NCBI GenBank assembly: GCA_041671325.1
Contig: JBAZBR010000003.1
Coordinates: forward strand, 4,506 to 68,505
Direction: 5' to 3'
Origin: Patescibacteria group bacterium
GTDB lineage: Bacteria > Patescibacteriota > Patescibacteriia > PEXW01
DNA length: 64,000 nucleotides
Shown: piece after piece, positions 41,226 through 50,457 of the stretch
Numbering within the stretch: position 1 is the stretch's first letter
How the letters are laid out: each line of letters starts with the position of its first letter
Position numbers and translations under genes: made by a program
The notes under the pieces: model-generated
What the model was told of the DNA's origin: nothing
Seen by the model: only the letters and a program-made list of their open reading frames with translations
Databases searched by the model: none

Positions 41226-42023
41226 ATGATGCCAAAAGATTTGATTTTGGTCAGACACGCCGAATCAGAAGGCAATTTAGCCAACAAACTTTCACGCGCG
41301 GGCGACCATAGCGCTTTTACCCCGGAATTTTCCCAGCGCCACAGTTCCAAATGGCGGCTAACCGATAAAGGGATTTATCAGGCGAAAAGTGCTGGTGAGT
41401 GGTTGGCTTCATATTTCCCCTTTACTTTTGAACGCCAGTACACTTCCGAATATCTTCGGGCCGTGGAAACCGCCATGTATTTAGGGCTCGGTGGTGAATG
41501 GTACTTGGATTTCAATTTACGCGAGCGTGATCAGGGAGTGATGGATGTTTTGCCGGACAACGAGCGCCAGAGCCGTTATGCTGAAGAGCTCCGTCGTCGG
41601 GAAATTGACAGTTTTTTCTGGGCGCCGGCTGGGGGCGAATCTTTAGCCCAAGCTTGTTTGCGCATTGATCGGGTGCTGACTACCCTGCACCGCGAGTGTA
41701 GCAACAAGCGCGTCATCATCGTTAACCATGGCGAAATCATGTGGGCTTTCCGGGTCAGGCTGGAGCGTATGACCCAGATAAGGTTCCATGAGTTGGATGC
41801 GTCTGAAGATCCTCTGGACCATATCCATAATTGCCAAATCCTTCACTATACCCGTATCAATCCATTTACTGGTGAAGAGGCGCGTTATATGAATTGGATG
41901 CGGTCAATTTGTCCTTGGGACACAACACTTTCGTCGAATGACTGGCAAGAAATCATCCGCCCGAGGTTTACAGACGCAGATCTGAGAACCTTGGTAGAAA
42001 GCACCCCGCGTCTGATTCAGTAA
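41226..42023 (+). CDS. histidine phosphatase (PGM superfamily)
   Basis: LVRHAESEGN, LRERDQG, GGES, HG. Confidence 0.9.
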   Translation: MMPKDLILVRHAESEGNLANKLSRAGDHSAFTPEFSQRHSSKWRLTDKGIYQAKSAGEWLASYFPFTFERQYTSEYLRAVETAMYLGLGGEWYLDFNLRERDQGVMDVLPDNERQSRYAEELRRREIDSFFWAPAGGESLAQACLRIDRVLTTLHRECSNKRVIIVNHGEIMWAFRVRLERMTQIRFHELDASEDPLDHIHNCQILHYTRINPFTGEEARYMNWMRSICPWDTTLSSNDWQEIIRPRFTDADLRTLVESTPRLIQ

Positions 42024-42163
42024 TTTGGTTTCATATTTGTAAAACATCGGTGGTGGAATTCATCGGACTTCTACCACCCCTTATCTGAGTTACTAAAAAA
42101 TTTGGTGATTCAGATAAAGAAAAAGAGAAACAGTTCGTTAACTTTAATATAAAGGATTAATAC

Positions 42164-42931
42164 ATGAAGATCATTTATTGGTTGGAAGAATACCCAGCAA
42201 CTTGTCAGAAGTCAGTATTCTTGGCTGGACCAACAGCACGACAAGGCGAAACGCCTTCTTGGCGTCCAGCTGCGGTGGAAGCATTACGTAACCTAGGATA
42301 CGATGGGCAGATTTTCATCCCCGAGCCCAGACCTGGCCAAAGCTGGCCAACCTACGATCAACATGACGCGGTAGTTGATTGGGAAGTAAATGGGCTCAAT
42401 CGAGCTGATTGCATTTTCTTTTGGGTACCGCGTGATGAGAAGGTTTTACCGGGGTTCACAACCAATATTGAATTCGGTGATTTTTTCAAGTCAGGTCGAG
42501 TGGTTCTCGGCGCTCCGGAGACAGCCGTAAGGATGCATTACATGAAATATCGTGGACTAAAAGAAAGCGGTATTATCATGCAGAGCAGTTTAATAAACAC
42601 GGCCGAACAAGCTATACGGTTGATAGGGGTTGGTGCATTAAGAGAAGGAACGGAAGTTCTTGTACCTGCAAATATCTGGATGAACAAAACTTTCCAATAT
42701 TGGTATGAGGAAGTCCGTCCAGTTGGTTATAAGCTTCGTTATGCAATACCCTTGATGGCCCAATATGACGAAAGACATATACTCAGGTCCTTTGCCATAA
42801 AAATTGGCATTGGTGAAATCGATGGTCAACTTAATCGAGACCTTTTCTTATTTGGAAGCCCGGAAGGTTTCTATCTTAATAGTTCCGGTGGTTCTGTCCA
42901 GAACAGAGGAGGTAAATTCACGATCTTTTAG
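42164..42931 (+). CDS. nucleoside 2-deoxyribosyltransferase-like domain protein
   Basis: SVFLAGP, WR, WE, PGFTTNIEFG. Confidence 0.85.
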   Translation: MKIIYWLEEYPATCQKSVFLAGPTARQGETPSWRPAAVEALRNLGYDGQIFIPEPRPGQSWPTYDQHDAVVDWEVNGLNRADCIFFWVPRDEKVLPGFTTNIEFGDFFKSGRVVLGAPETAVRMHYMKYRGLKESGIIMQSSLINTAEQAIRLIGVGALREGTEVLVPANIWMNKTFQYWYEEVRPVGYKLRYAIPLMAQYDERHILRSFAIKIGIGEIDGQLNRDLFLFGSPEGFYLNSSGGSVQNRGGKFTIF

Positions 42932-43061
42932 AAAATTGAAGAGTGCAGGAATTGGAAATTTTTCTGTCCCTGCACCCTTTATCCAAGCCGTTAAGATATT
43001 GGCGGTTTAGATAAAGAAAAAAGAAAAAAGTTCTTAACATTATATTTCACAAGGAGTTGCC

Positions 43062-43610
43062 ATGAATTTTCCGGAAACCCTGTTGAACCCCAGAATTCGA
43101 TTGGTTCGGGCAAACGTGGGCGATGCCGAACGGATTCTTGCTGCGTTGGAACCGAGCTCAACGCAAAACCTCAGTTTTTTTTCGAAAAAGATAGACCTAG
43201 AAAAGCAACGTAAATATCTTGCAAGTCAATGTGCCAGTGACGATAATTGGCTATGGGTTGTTGAACGTATCAGCGACGGCATGATTCTTGGCACTGCCGG
43301 TCTGCACGAAATCGACAGAGTCAATCATAATGCCCGTCTTGGTTTTCTTATCTTCCGCAAAGAACATCGAGGCCAAGGCTATGGCACCGAAACTATTGTG
43401 CAGGTTTTACGCCAGGCCTTTATGGTTTTTAGGCTGAACAAGGTTTATCTGAAAGTATTTACCAGCAATCCTATGGCAGACCATTATCGAAAAATGGGTT
43501 TTGTTGACGAGGGTGTTCTCCTTCAGGAATATTGTTTAAAAGGAGAATACCACGACATGTTTCGATTGGCCTTTTTGAAAGCTGACTGGCGCGCGAAGAT
43601 CTTGGCATGA
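43062..43610 (+). CDS. GNAT (RimJ/RimL-SpeG type) acetyltransferase
   Basis: RGQGYGTE, LNKVYLKV, YRKMGFVDEG. Confidence 0.88.
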   Translation: MNFPETLLNPRIRLVRANVGDAERILAALEPSSTQNLSFFSKKIDLEKQRKYLASQCASDDNWLWVVERISDGMILGTAGLHEIDRVNHNARLGFLIFRKEHRGQGYGTETIVQVLRQAFMVFRLNKVYLKVFTSNPMADHYRKMGFVDEGVLLQEYCLKGEYHDMFRLAFLKADWRAKILA

Positions 43611-43750
43611 AATCAAAAAGCGGTCGTTTTGGTTGGAGGAAGGTAACCCTTTCCTCCAACCAATCCTTAATTGATTCGCAAAAATAATTTTGGCGGATGA
43701 ATTAAAGAAAAAGCAAATTGAAAATAAAATAATCAGAAAGGAGACGCGCT

Positions 43751-45754
43751 TTGTCTACTACCACAGGAGCTTTTTTGGACATACGCAAACACGGCTTTGT
43801 ACGGGTGGCGGCGATTGTCCCGGAAGTGACTTTGTCAAATCCGTTACAGAATGCCCAAAATCACCTGCGCTACTTGCGGCAAGCTTATGAACAAGGCGCC
43901 ATGTATGCGGTCTGTCCGGAATTGGGGCTGACTGGCTACAGTAATGGCGATTTATTCTTTTCTCATGTTTTGATCGAAGCCGCATTGAAAGCGCTTAGGT
44001 TTCTGCTAGCGGAAAGCCGGTCAATGGACATGGTCATATCAGTGGGCATGCCATTGATCGTCGACGAACAGCTTTATAATTGCGCGGTGACCTTTTGTAA
44101 AGGTCAAATTTTGGGAATTACGCCCAAAGCCTATCCGCCAGAGTACCGGGAGTTTTATGAAGCTCGACATTTTGCTCGGGCTAGTAATGCCCGGAGTACC
44201 ACGGTGGAAATCTTAGGCCAATTAGTTCCATTTGGCACAGATATCCTGATTCGCTGTACGCAATATCCCAACCTGGTGATATTCACTGAAATTTGTGAAG
44301 ACCTTTGGGTGCCTATCCCGCCAAGTTCACACGCGGCGCTGGCTGGGGCAACGGTCTTGGCAAACTTGTCAGCTTCCAACATCACTATTGGCAAGGATGA
44401 GTATCGTCGCCAGTTAGTCGTCGCTTCTTCCGGCCGCAACCTGGCCGTGCAGATTTACTGCGCAACCGGGTTTGGCGAATCAACCGCTGATTTGGCCTGG
44501 GATGGAGCGGTCTGTATTGCCTCTGGCGGTAAATTACTCAAGACCAACCAGCGCTTTTTAATTGGCGGTTCATGTACGGTTACCGATGTTGATTTGCATC
44601 AGCTCATGCTTAACCGTCGCCAGAGTTCATTTCGCCAGAACGGAACCGACCATGCGCGGATATTCCGCACGGTTGAGTATCATGCTCCGTTGGGTATTTT
44701 GAATAAATCGATATTCGAGAAATTCATTTACCCAATCGAAGCTTTTCCGTTTGTGCCAAATAACCCGGCTGACCGCGATGAGCGTTGTCAGGAAACCTTC
44801 AATATCCAGACCAGCAGCCTGGCCCGGCGGTTAAAGGTATTTCCAACAGATCGTCAGAAATTGATCCTTGGTTTATCTGGCGGCCAGGATTCTACCCACG
44901 CCTTACTGGTGGCCGCCTATACCATGGACTTGCTTGGCTTGCCGCGAACTAACATTATCGCCTTGACCATGCCGGGATTTGGGACGACCGAACGGACCAA
45001 AGGCAATGCCCAAAAGTTGGCGGAAGCCCTGGGTGTCACCTTTCGGGAAATTTCTATAGTTGAGCTGACCAATGTCCTGCTTAAGAGCATTGGTCACGAT
45101 ATGTCAGTCAGGAATTCAACTTATGAAAATTCCCAAGCTTGGGCTCGCAAATTCGTCGAGTTAGCTTTAGCCGGCGATGAAGGCGCCATGGACTTAGGCA
45201 CGGGCGATCTTTCGGAATTGGCGCTGGGTTGGACTACCATGTTTGGCGATCACGCCTCGCATTATAACCCCAATCCCGGGGTACCCAAGACGCTGATTAG
45301 TCACCTTATGCGTTGGACTGCCGAGCATGTTTTTGCGAAAGAAACTGCGGTTCAGAAAGTACTTTTGGATATTCTGGCCACGCCCATCTCACCTGAACTG
45401 CAACCAGCCGGGGCTGATGGCCAGATTGTTCAAAAAACCGAGGACATCAATGGTCCTTACGAATTGCATGATTTCTTCCTTTACCACTTTGTGCGTTTTG
45501 GCCGTTCGCCCCTGACCATTGCCAGGTTGGCGATGCAGGCGTTTCAAGATCGGTATACTTTGGCCGAAATTAAGAAGTGGTTGGGCGTATTCCTGCGTAA
45601 GTTCTTTGCTAACCAGTTCAAACGGGACTGTCTGCCCAATGGGCCCAAGGTTGGTTTAACCTCCTTATCGCCCAGGGGTGATTGGCGCATGCCGCCCGAG
45701 GCTGATTCGACAATTTGGTTGGATGACCTCGCGAAAATTCCCGATGAATTGTAA
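43751..45754 (+). CDS. nadE: glutamine-dependent NAD+ synthetase
   Basis: Nitrilase domain PEL, EICEDLW, then SGGQDST, PISPEL, QFKR. Confidence 0.95.
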   Translation: MSTTTGAFLDIRKHGFVRVAAIVPEVTLSNPLQNAQNHLRYLRQAYEQGAMYAVCPELGLTGYSNGDLFFSHVLIEAALKALRFLLAESRSMDMVISVGMPLIVDEQLYNCAVTFCKGQILGITPKAYPPEYREFYEARHFARASNARSTTVEILGQLVPFGTDILIRCTQYPNLVIFTEICEDLWVPIPPSSHAALAGATVLANLSASNITIGKDEYRRQLVVASSGRNLAVQIYCATGFGESTADLAWDGAVCIASGGKLLKTNQRFLIGGSCTVTDVDLHQLMLNRRQSSFRQNGTDHARIFRTVEYHAPLGILNKSIFEKFIYPIEAFPFVPNNPADRDERCQETFNIQTSSLARRLKVFPTDRQKLILGLSGGQDSTHALLVAAYTMDLLGLPRTNIIALTMPGFGTTERTKGNAQKLAEALGVTFREISIVELTNVLLKSIGHDMSVRNSTYENSQAWARKFVELALAGDEGAMDLGTGDLSELALGWTTMFGDHASHYNPNPGVPKTLISHLMRWTAEHVFAKETAVQKVLLDILATPISPELQPAGADGQIVQKTEDINGPYELHDFFLYHFVRFGRSPLTIARLAMQAFQDRYTLAEIKKWLGVFLRKFFANQFKRDCLPNGPKVGLTSLSPRGDWRMPPEADSTIWLDDLAKIPDEL

Positions 45755-45764
45755 TTTGCTATTT

Positions 45765-45800
45765 GAAAAACCGACTCCCAAAAGGGGCCGGTTTTTTTTA
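45765..45800 (+). terminator. terminator closing the island
   Basis: AAAAACCG...CGGTTTTTTT. Confidence 0.65.
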
Positions 45801-45875
45801 TTTGTTTATCATTATAAAAAGGACATCCGTCTTGGATGCCCTTAAGGTTCAATTAGAATCGTCTTTGTCATAGCC

Positions 45876-46202
45876 TTAGTCATTGGCTTTCCGGTAATAA
45901 ATATCCCTGGGTGGAATGGATTTTTTAGGTTTAAATTTTGGCATGAGCCATAGGAATATGAGACTAAATGCCACACCGATCGCCAAGCATATACTTATGG
46001 TTTGCCAAGCCTTGATTCCCTCAAAATACAGAACTATAGCACTAGTGATCAGGCAAACACTAGTAATGCCCATGCCCAGATTAGCCATGGCTGGAATTAT
46101 CGCAGGTTTCAAGGTGCTTTTGCGAATCATAAAGAATGACACAACGAAGAGCAAGTTTAAAAAAGTCAGTATTACGAGCATGATAAGATTGTCAGTGCTC
46201 AT
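45876..46202 (-). CDS. 3-TM hypothetical protein
   Basis: SD GGAGG, three hydrophobic helices. Confidence 0.6.
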   Translation of the reverse strand: MSTDNLIMLVILTFLNLLFVVSFFMIRKSTLKPAIIPAMANLGMGITSVCLITSAIVLYFEGIKAWQTISICLAIGVAFSLIFLWLMPKFKPKKSIPPRDIYYRKAND

Positions 46203-46398
46203 CTTTCCTCCAGTTTGAAATTGTGCAAAGAACAATTCAAGAAAACCTTAGTAGAAAACCCTGATTTAGTCAATTCCCCATGCTTATTTATTAATACAAA
46301 ATTGGCGTGGGGGTCAAACTTCCCCAGCTATAGTTTGAGTGCTAGGCTTAAAAATATCCAGCATATTTAACCTTTATTTTGAAAGCGAGGTGAATCGT

Positions 46399-46623
46399 AT
46401 GAAAGGATTAAATATATTTGATTGGATCGCTATTGTTTTGTTGGTCATTGGCGGAATAAATTGGGGCCTGGTGGGCCTGACAAATTTTGATATTGTCGAA
46501 ACAATTTTTGGCGGAATAAATTTTGGAGCTCGATTTGTTTATGTCTTGGTCGGCTTGGCCGCAATTTATTTGGGCGCGGTTTCAGTCCAATTCAGCCGCA
46601 AGGATTTACCGCCGAATTTATAG
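46399..46623 (+). CDS. DUF378 family membrane protein
   Basis: IGGINWGLVG...FD.V..IFG...YVLVGLAA. Confidence 0.9.
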   Translation: MKGLNIFDWIAIVLLVIGGINWGLVGLTNFDIVETIFGGINFGARFVYVLVGLAAIYLGAVSVQFSRKDLPPNL

Positions 46624-46635
46624 TATAGTAAAAGA

Positions 46636-47253
46636 ATGAAAGTGATTTTCGCCTCCCATAATCCGGGCAAGATTAAAGAAATGAACGCTATCCTAGCGGA
46701 TTTAGGCATTGAAGCAATTGGCGCGGAAGCCGCCGGGATCAGCCTGGAACCGGAAGAAAACGGCAAGACTTTTGCGGAGAATGCATTGCTTAAAGCCAGG
46801 TTTGTTTTAGAAAAAATTAAGGAGAAGACTTGGGTTATCGCTGATGATTCGGGCTTGTGTATCCACGCGCTGAATGGCGCGCCAGGGGTTTTTTCTGCAC
46901 GCTGGGCAGGCGAAGGCGTTAGTTCTAAAGAAATGGTTAGTCACACTTTAGAAGAGTTAAAAGACGTGCCTGAACCAATGCGCACTGCATGGATGGAGTC
47001 TGCTGTAGTTTTGATTTCGCCCGATGGGCAGGAATGGACTTTTGATGGCCGGGTTTACGGCCTAATCAGCTTTGTCCCCAAAGGCGCTCCCAGGAGCAAA
47101 ATGCCATACGATGCGATTTTTATTCCCCGGAATTTTACTAAAACTTTTGCGGAAATGACTGATGAAGAAAAGAATTCCTTAAGCCACCGCGGCGAAGCTT
47201 TCCGGAAAATGAAATACTTCATCAAGAAAAATTTAGACTTGTTTTCAAAATAA
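46636..47253 (+). CDS. rdgB: non-canonical purine NTP pyrophosphatase (HAM1 family)
   Basis: SHNPGK, ADDSGL, PGVFSAR, YDAIF, SHR. Confidence 0.93.
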   Translation: MKVIFASHNPGKIKEMNAILADLGIEAIGAEAAGISLEPEENGKTFAENALLKARFVLEKIKEKTWVIADDSGLCIHALNGAPGVFSARWAGEGVSSKEMVSHTLEELKDVPEPMRTAWMESAVVLISPDGQEWTFDGRVYGLISFVPKGAPRSKMPYDAIFIPRNFTKTFAEMTDEEKNSLSHRGEAFRKMKYFIKKNLDLFSK

Positions 47254-48248
47254 TGCCAAAAAACTTGATTAAAAACTGGGGTGAGAAAATTGCCAAACAG
47301 AATAATTTTCTGCATTCTCGAAAGATTTACCAAGCCAGGACGCAAACTAATGACCAGATCCGGAATGTAATTTATTCTGGGTTATTCAAGAAAAAACCGG
47401 CGATTTTAAAAATTTACAATGAAGGCAAGTCGACTGATGAACCCTTAGCCCTAGAAGCTTTTAACCGGCTTAACCGCAGTAAAAATTTAAAAGCTCCCAA
47501 GCTTTTTAAATACAAGATTTTATCCTTGAACAGCGGCTGGTTGATTGAACAAGAGCTAATTCTGGGTAAATTTTTAAAATCGCCGCTCTCCACTTCCGAA
47601 AGACAGGAATTTTTAAAGGTTTATTTGGAATACCGGAAAACTTTTCCAACCAGGCCGCATCGAAATTTGCTTTTAAACGAAAAACTTACAGCCAACCTTT
47701 TCCACCTGCATCGTATTCCCCACTGGCTGCAAATGGCTATCAATAAAGAAGAGAAAAACCAAAACAGGAAAGCGCCTTCAGTTTTATTGGCAAAAGAATT
47801 TGCGCCCAGATTTGAAAAAGGTTTGGAAATAATCAATCGGGAATTTAAAAACCGAAAAATGTTGTGGTGCCATGGGCATTTCAAACCAAAGGAAATTTTT
47901 AAAGGCATGGATGGCAGATATTATTTAACGGATTTTGCCCATGTCAAAATGTATCCCGAGGGTTATGAACTGGCTTTTATGGTTTGGGCGGATTGGTTAA
48001 TGCCCGGTGATTGGAAATTACCTTATGCCAAATGGAAAAAGCCGGTTTTTGCTTGGATAAAGGATTTAAAAAAGCTGGCAAAGGTATTAAAAATAAAAAG
48101 ATTCAACGACTTAATAAAAGCCAGCTTGATTGAAAGGATTTTTGGCGCGATTTTGGCAGATGTGGTTGCCCGGGATTGGTCTTTGAAAGAAAAAAGACAA
48201 AGGTTGAAATTATTGTATAAATTATTTGATGAATTAGTTAAGCCATGA
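47253..48248 (+). CDS. APH/choline-kinase-like phosphotransferase fold
   Basis: AILK, CHGHFKPKE, LTDF, YELA. Confidence 0.65.
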   Translation: MPKNLIKNWGEKIAKQNNFLHSRKIYQARTQTNDQIRNVIYSGLFKKKPAILKIYNEGKSTDEPLALEAFNRLNRSKNLKAPKLFKYKILSLNSGWLIEQELILGKFLKSPLSTSERQEFLKVYLEYRKTFPTRPHRNLLLNEKLTANLFHLHRIPHWLQMAINKEEKNQNRKAPSVLLAKEFAPRFEKGLEIINREFKNRKMLWCHGHFKPKEIFKGMDGRYYLTDFAHVKMYPEGYELAFMVWADWLMPGDWKLPYAKWKKPVFAWIKDLKKLAKVLKIKRFNDLIKASLIERIFGAILADVVARDWSLKEKRQRLKLLYKLFDELVKP

Positions 48249-48577
48249 AACCCAAATCAAATTTTTACGCCTTGGTTTATGCCATGGTCAAAAAGATCCC
48301 TCGGGGCAAAGTTGCCACTTATGGCCAAATTGCTTCTTTAATTGGCTCACCCAAAGCCGCCCAAATGGTGGGTTGGGCTTTACATGCTTTGGATGAAAAT
48401 CCTCATCCAGAAGTGCCGTGGCAAAGAGTAATAAATCGTTTAGGCTTTATTTCCACTACTTGTCTTGAACACACGGCTGACGAACAAGCCTGGCTTTTAC
48501 AAAAAGAAGGCGTTAAAGTAGTCAAAAAAGAAAAGATGTGGTTTGTTGACCTAGATAAATATTTATGGAAAAAGTAA
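48245..48577 (+). CDS. alkyltransferase-like protein (ATL/MGMT family)
   Basis: IPRGKVATYGQIA, PWQRV (Trp replaces the catalytic Cys). Confidence 0.9.
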   Translation: MKPKSNFYALVYAMVKKIPRGKVATYGQIASLIGSPKAAQMVGWALHALDENPHPEVPWQRVINRLGFISTTCLEHTADEQAWLLQKEGVKVVKKEKMWFVDLDKYLWKK

Positions 48578-48595
48578 ACAGTAATAATTTTTTTT

Positions 48596-49384
48596 ATGAA
48601 TGATTGGCAGGTTGTCGAAAACTTAAATGACATACCGTTAAACGACGTTCAAGGCGTGGTTGCGGATATTGATTATACTTTAGTCGATTTTGCGCCGGCC
48701 CATAAGGCTGGCATACAGGCATTGGCCAAAATGTTCAATCCACAATTAGCTGTAAAGGTTGATAAGTTATTTCATTTGATTTTAGAAGGGCATCGCAAAC
48801 CTAAACATGAAGTCTGGGCTGAGAGAGAGGAATTTGACCAACTTATGGAACAAATGAAAAAAATTGAGACGGTCGATAAAGAACATGATTTTAAGGTATG
48901 GAGTCGCGAGGCTTGGTTAATAATAGCTGCCCGTGAGCAAGGTTTACGGTTGACTACTAATTCTTTAGCTTTAGCACGAGATGCTTACTGGCAAACCGTT
49001 AGAAAAGATTCAAAGCTTTATCTAGACGCTAAAGAATTTACATCGGCTTTATCGAATCAGAATATACCTTTAGTGCTAATGACTGGCAGTGATTCCGTAC
49101 TAAGCTTGCAAGAAACGACCGGTAAACTGGTTTATGATCCAATTTTTTCCGAAACATATAAACGCCAAAGCCTGAAACAATTGCCAATAAGATATTCCGG
49201 CTTAGTTATTGGTGATCCAGCCGATAAACCCCACCCGAAGTTTTTTGATAAGCTCGAGAATGAATTGGCTAAATTGAAAATAAATCTCAAAAACACAATT
49301 TTTATTGGCGACTCCCCTCTTAACGATTTGACCGTGCCCTCGGAAAGGGGTTATAAGACTTATTACATTAATCGTAATAAGTAA
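48596..49384 (+). CDS. HAD family hydrolase
   Basis: DIDYTL, KP, IGDSPLND. Confidence 0.85.
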   Translation: MNDWQVVENLNDIPLNDVQGVVADIDYTLVDFAPAHKAGIQALAKMFNPQLAVKVDKLFHLILEGHRKPKHEVWAEREEFDQLMEQMKKIETVDKEHDFKVWSREAWLIIAAREQGLRLTTNSLALARDAYWQTVRKDSKLYLDAKEFTSALSNQNIPLVLMTGSDSVLSLQETTGKLVYDPIFSETYKRQSLKQLPIRYSGLVIGDPADKPHPKFFDKLENELAKLKINLKNTIFIGDSPLNDLTVPSERGYKTYYINRNK

Positions 49385-49514
49385 TTGAGTAAGATAAAAT
49401 GCGGTGGGTGGATTTAAAAAATACCTCTGGAAAACCAGGCGTAGCATGATTTTCCGCCTTACTATTTATATTTAAAAAAACCCCACACCGACCGTAATCG
49501 GCATGGGGTAAAAG

Positions 49515-50129
49515 CTATACACTCAATAAGGGCTTTACCTCGCGAAGAACTAGAAATTTACTGTCAGACAAAATATAGTCGGTATTGAGAAACGAGAAGG
49601 CGAGTCCGTCTTTGTCAGCTTCCATAAGTGAAACTACCTGTTTGCCATTTTTTTCAAAGCGAACGCCGCAAACAGAACAGATATAATCCTTTTCGAGCTC
49701 TTCCGGAAACTGTTTAAAGAATGTTTCCGAAATGGGCCTATCGATTTCCAGAGCTTTTTGCTCTTTACAGATGGACAAGTGTTTCTCGATATTCATTCCC
49801 TTCTCGCACGGGATCAGCTCGACCGTTACTTCGAGGCTTCCGCTGAAGCGAATCGGAAACTGGTCAAATTCGAGGTCACTGTTAACATGTTGGTAGTTTT
49901 CTTTGGTGGGAAATCTCTTCCAACACTTCTGATCAAAATCGACGATGAATGTGAAGAACCTTCGATTGTCGACCAGTATGCCGCAAATAGCATCCGTGAT
50001 GTTTTTCTCTTTCAGGATTCGCCGAAGGTCATCATCACTTCCCCCGCGAGCGACAATACCATCAATAAGGGCCTTTAAGACCTCAAACCCAGTACCCGCT
50101 CCGCTTAGTATCCTACTTTTGTAAATCAT
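49515..50129 (-). CDS. hypothetical protein
   Basis: SD AAGGAG; GGSDDDLRRIL N-terminal module. Confidence 0.65.
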   Translation of the reverse strand: MIYKSRILSGAGTGFEVLKALIDGIVARGGSDDDLRRILKEKNITDAICGILVDNRRFFTFIVDFDQKCWKRFPTKENYQHVNSDLEFDQFPIRFSGSLEVTVELIPCEKGMNIEKHLSICKEQKALEIDRPISETFFKQFPEELEKDYICSVCGVRFEKNGKQVVSLMEADKDGLAFSFLNTDYILSDSKFLVLREVKPLLSV

Positions 50130-50457
50130 AACCGATACTCCTTTGTATTTGGCATACCCCTTATCGCAGCCACTTTGGCGCGACTTAAGGCTTACCAATT
50201 TTGAGAACAGCCCTCTGGAGGCCTGTAAATTCAGGCCTATTCAGGAGGCTGTTCTCAAATCGGAGGGATGATATTGAAATTGCAAACTATTGTGGCATCG
50301 TCTAGTTCTACGCTTGTTTAATAAGTTGTCAAAGAGTTTAACCGGGCATAATATGCTATATATTAAAAAGTGTCTATAATTTTTCACAATGTTGTGATTT
50401 AGCAACAAAAATTGACATATTTATAGCGATAATGTATACTATATTTGTGAATTATCC

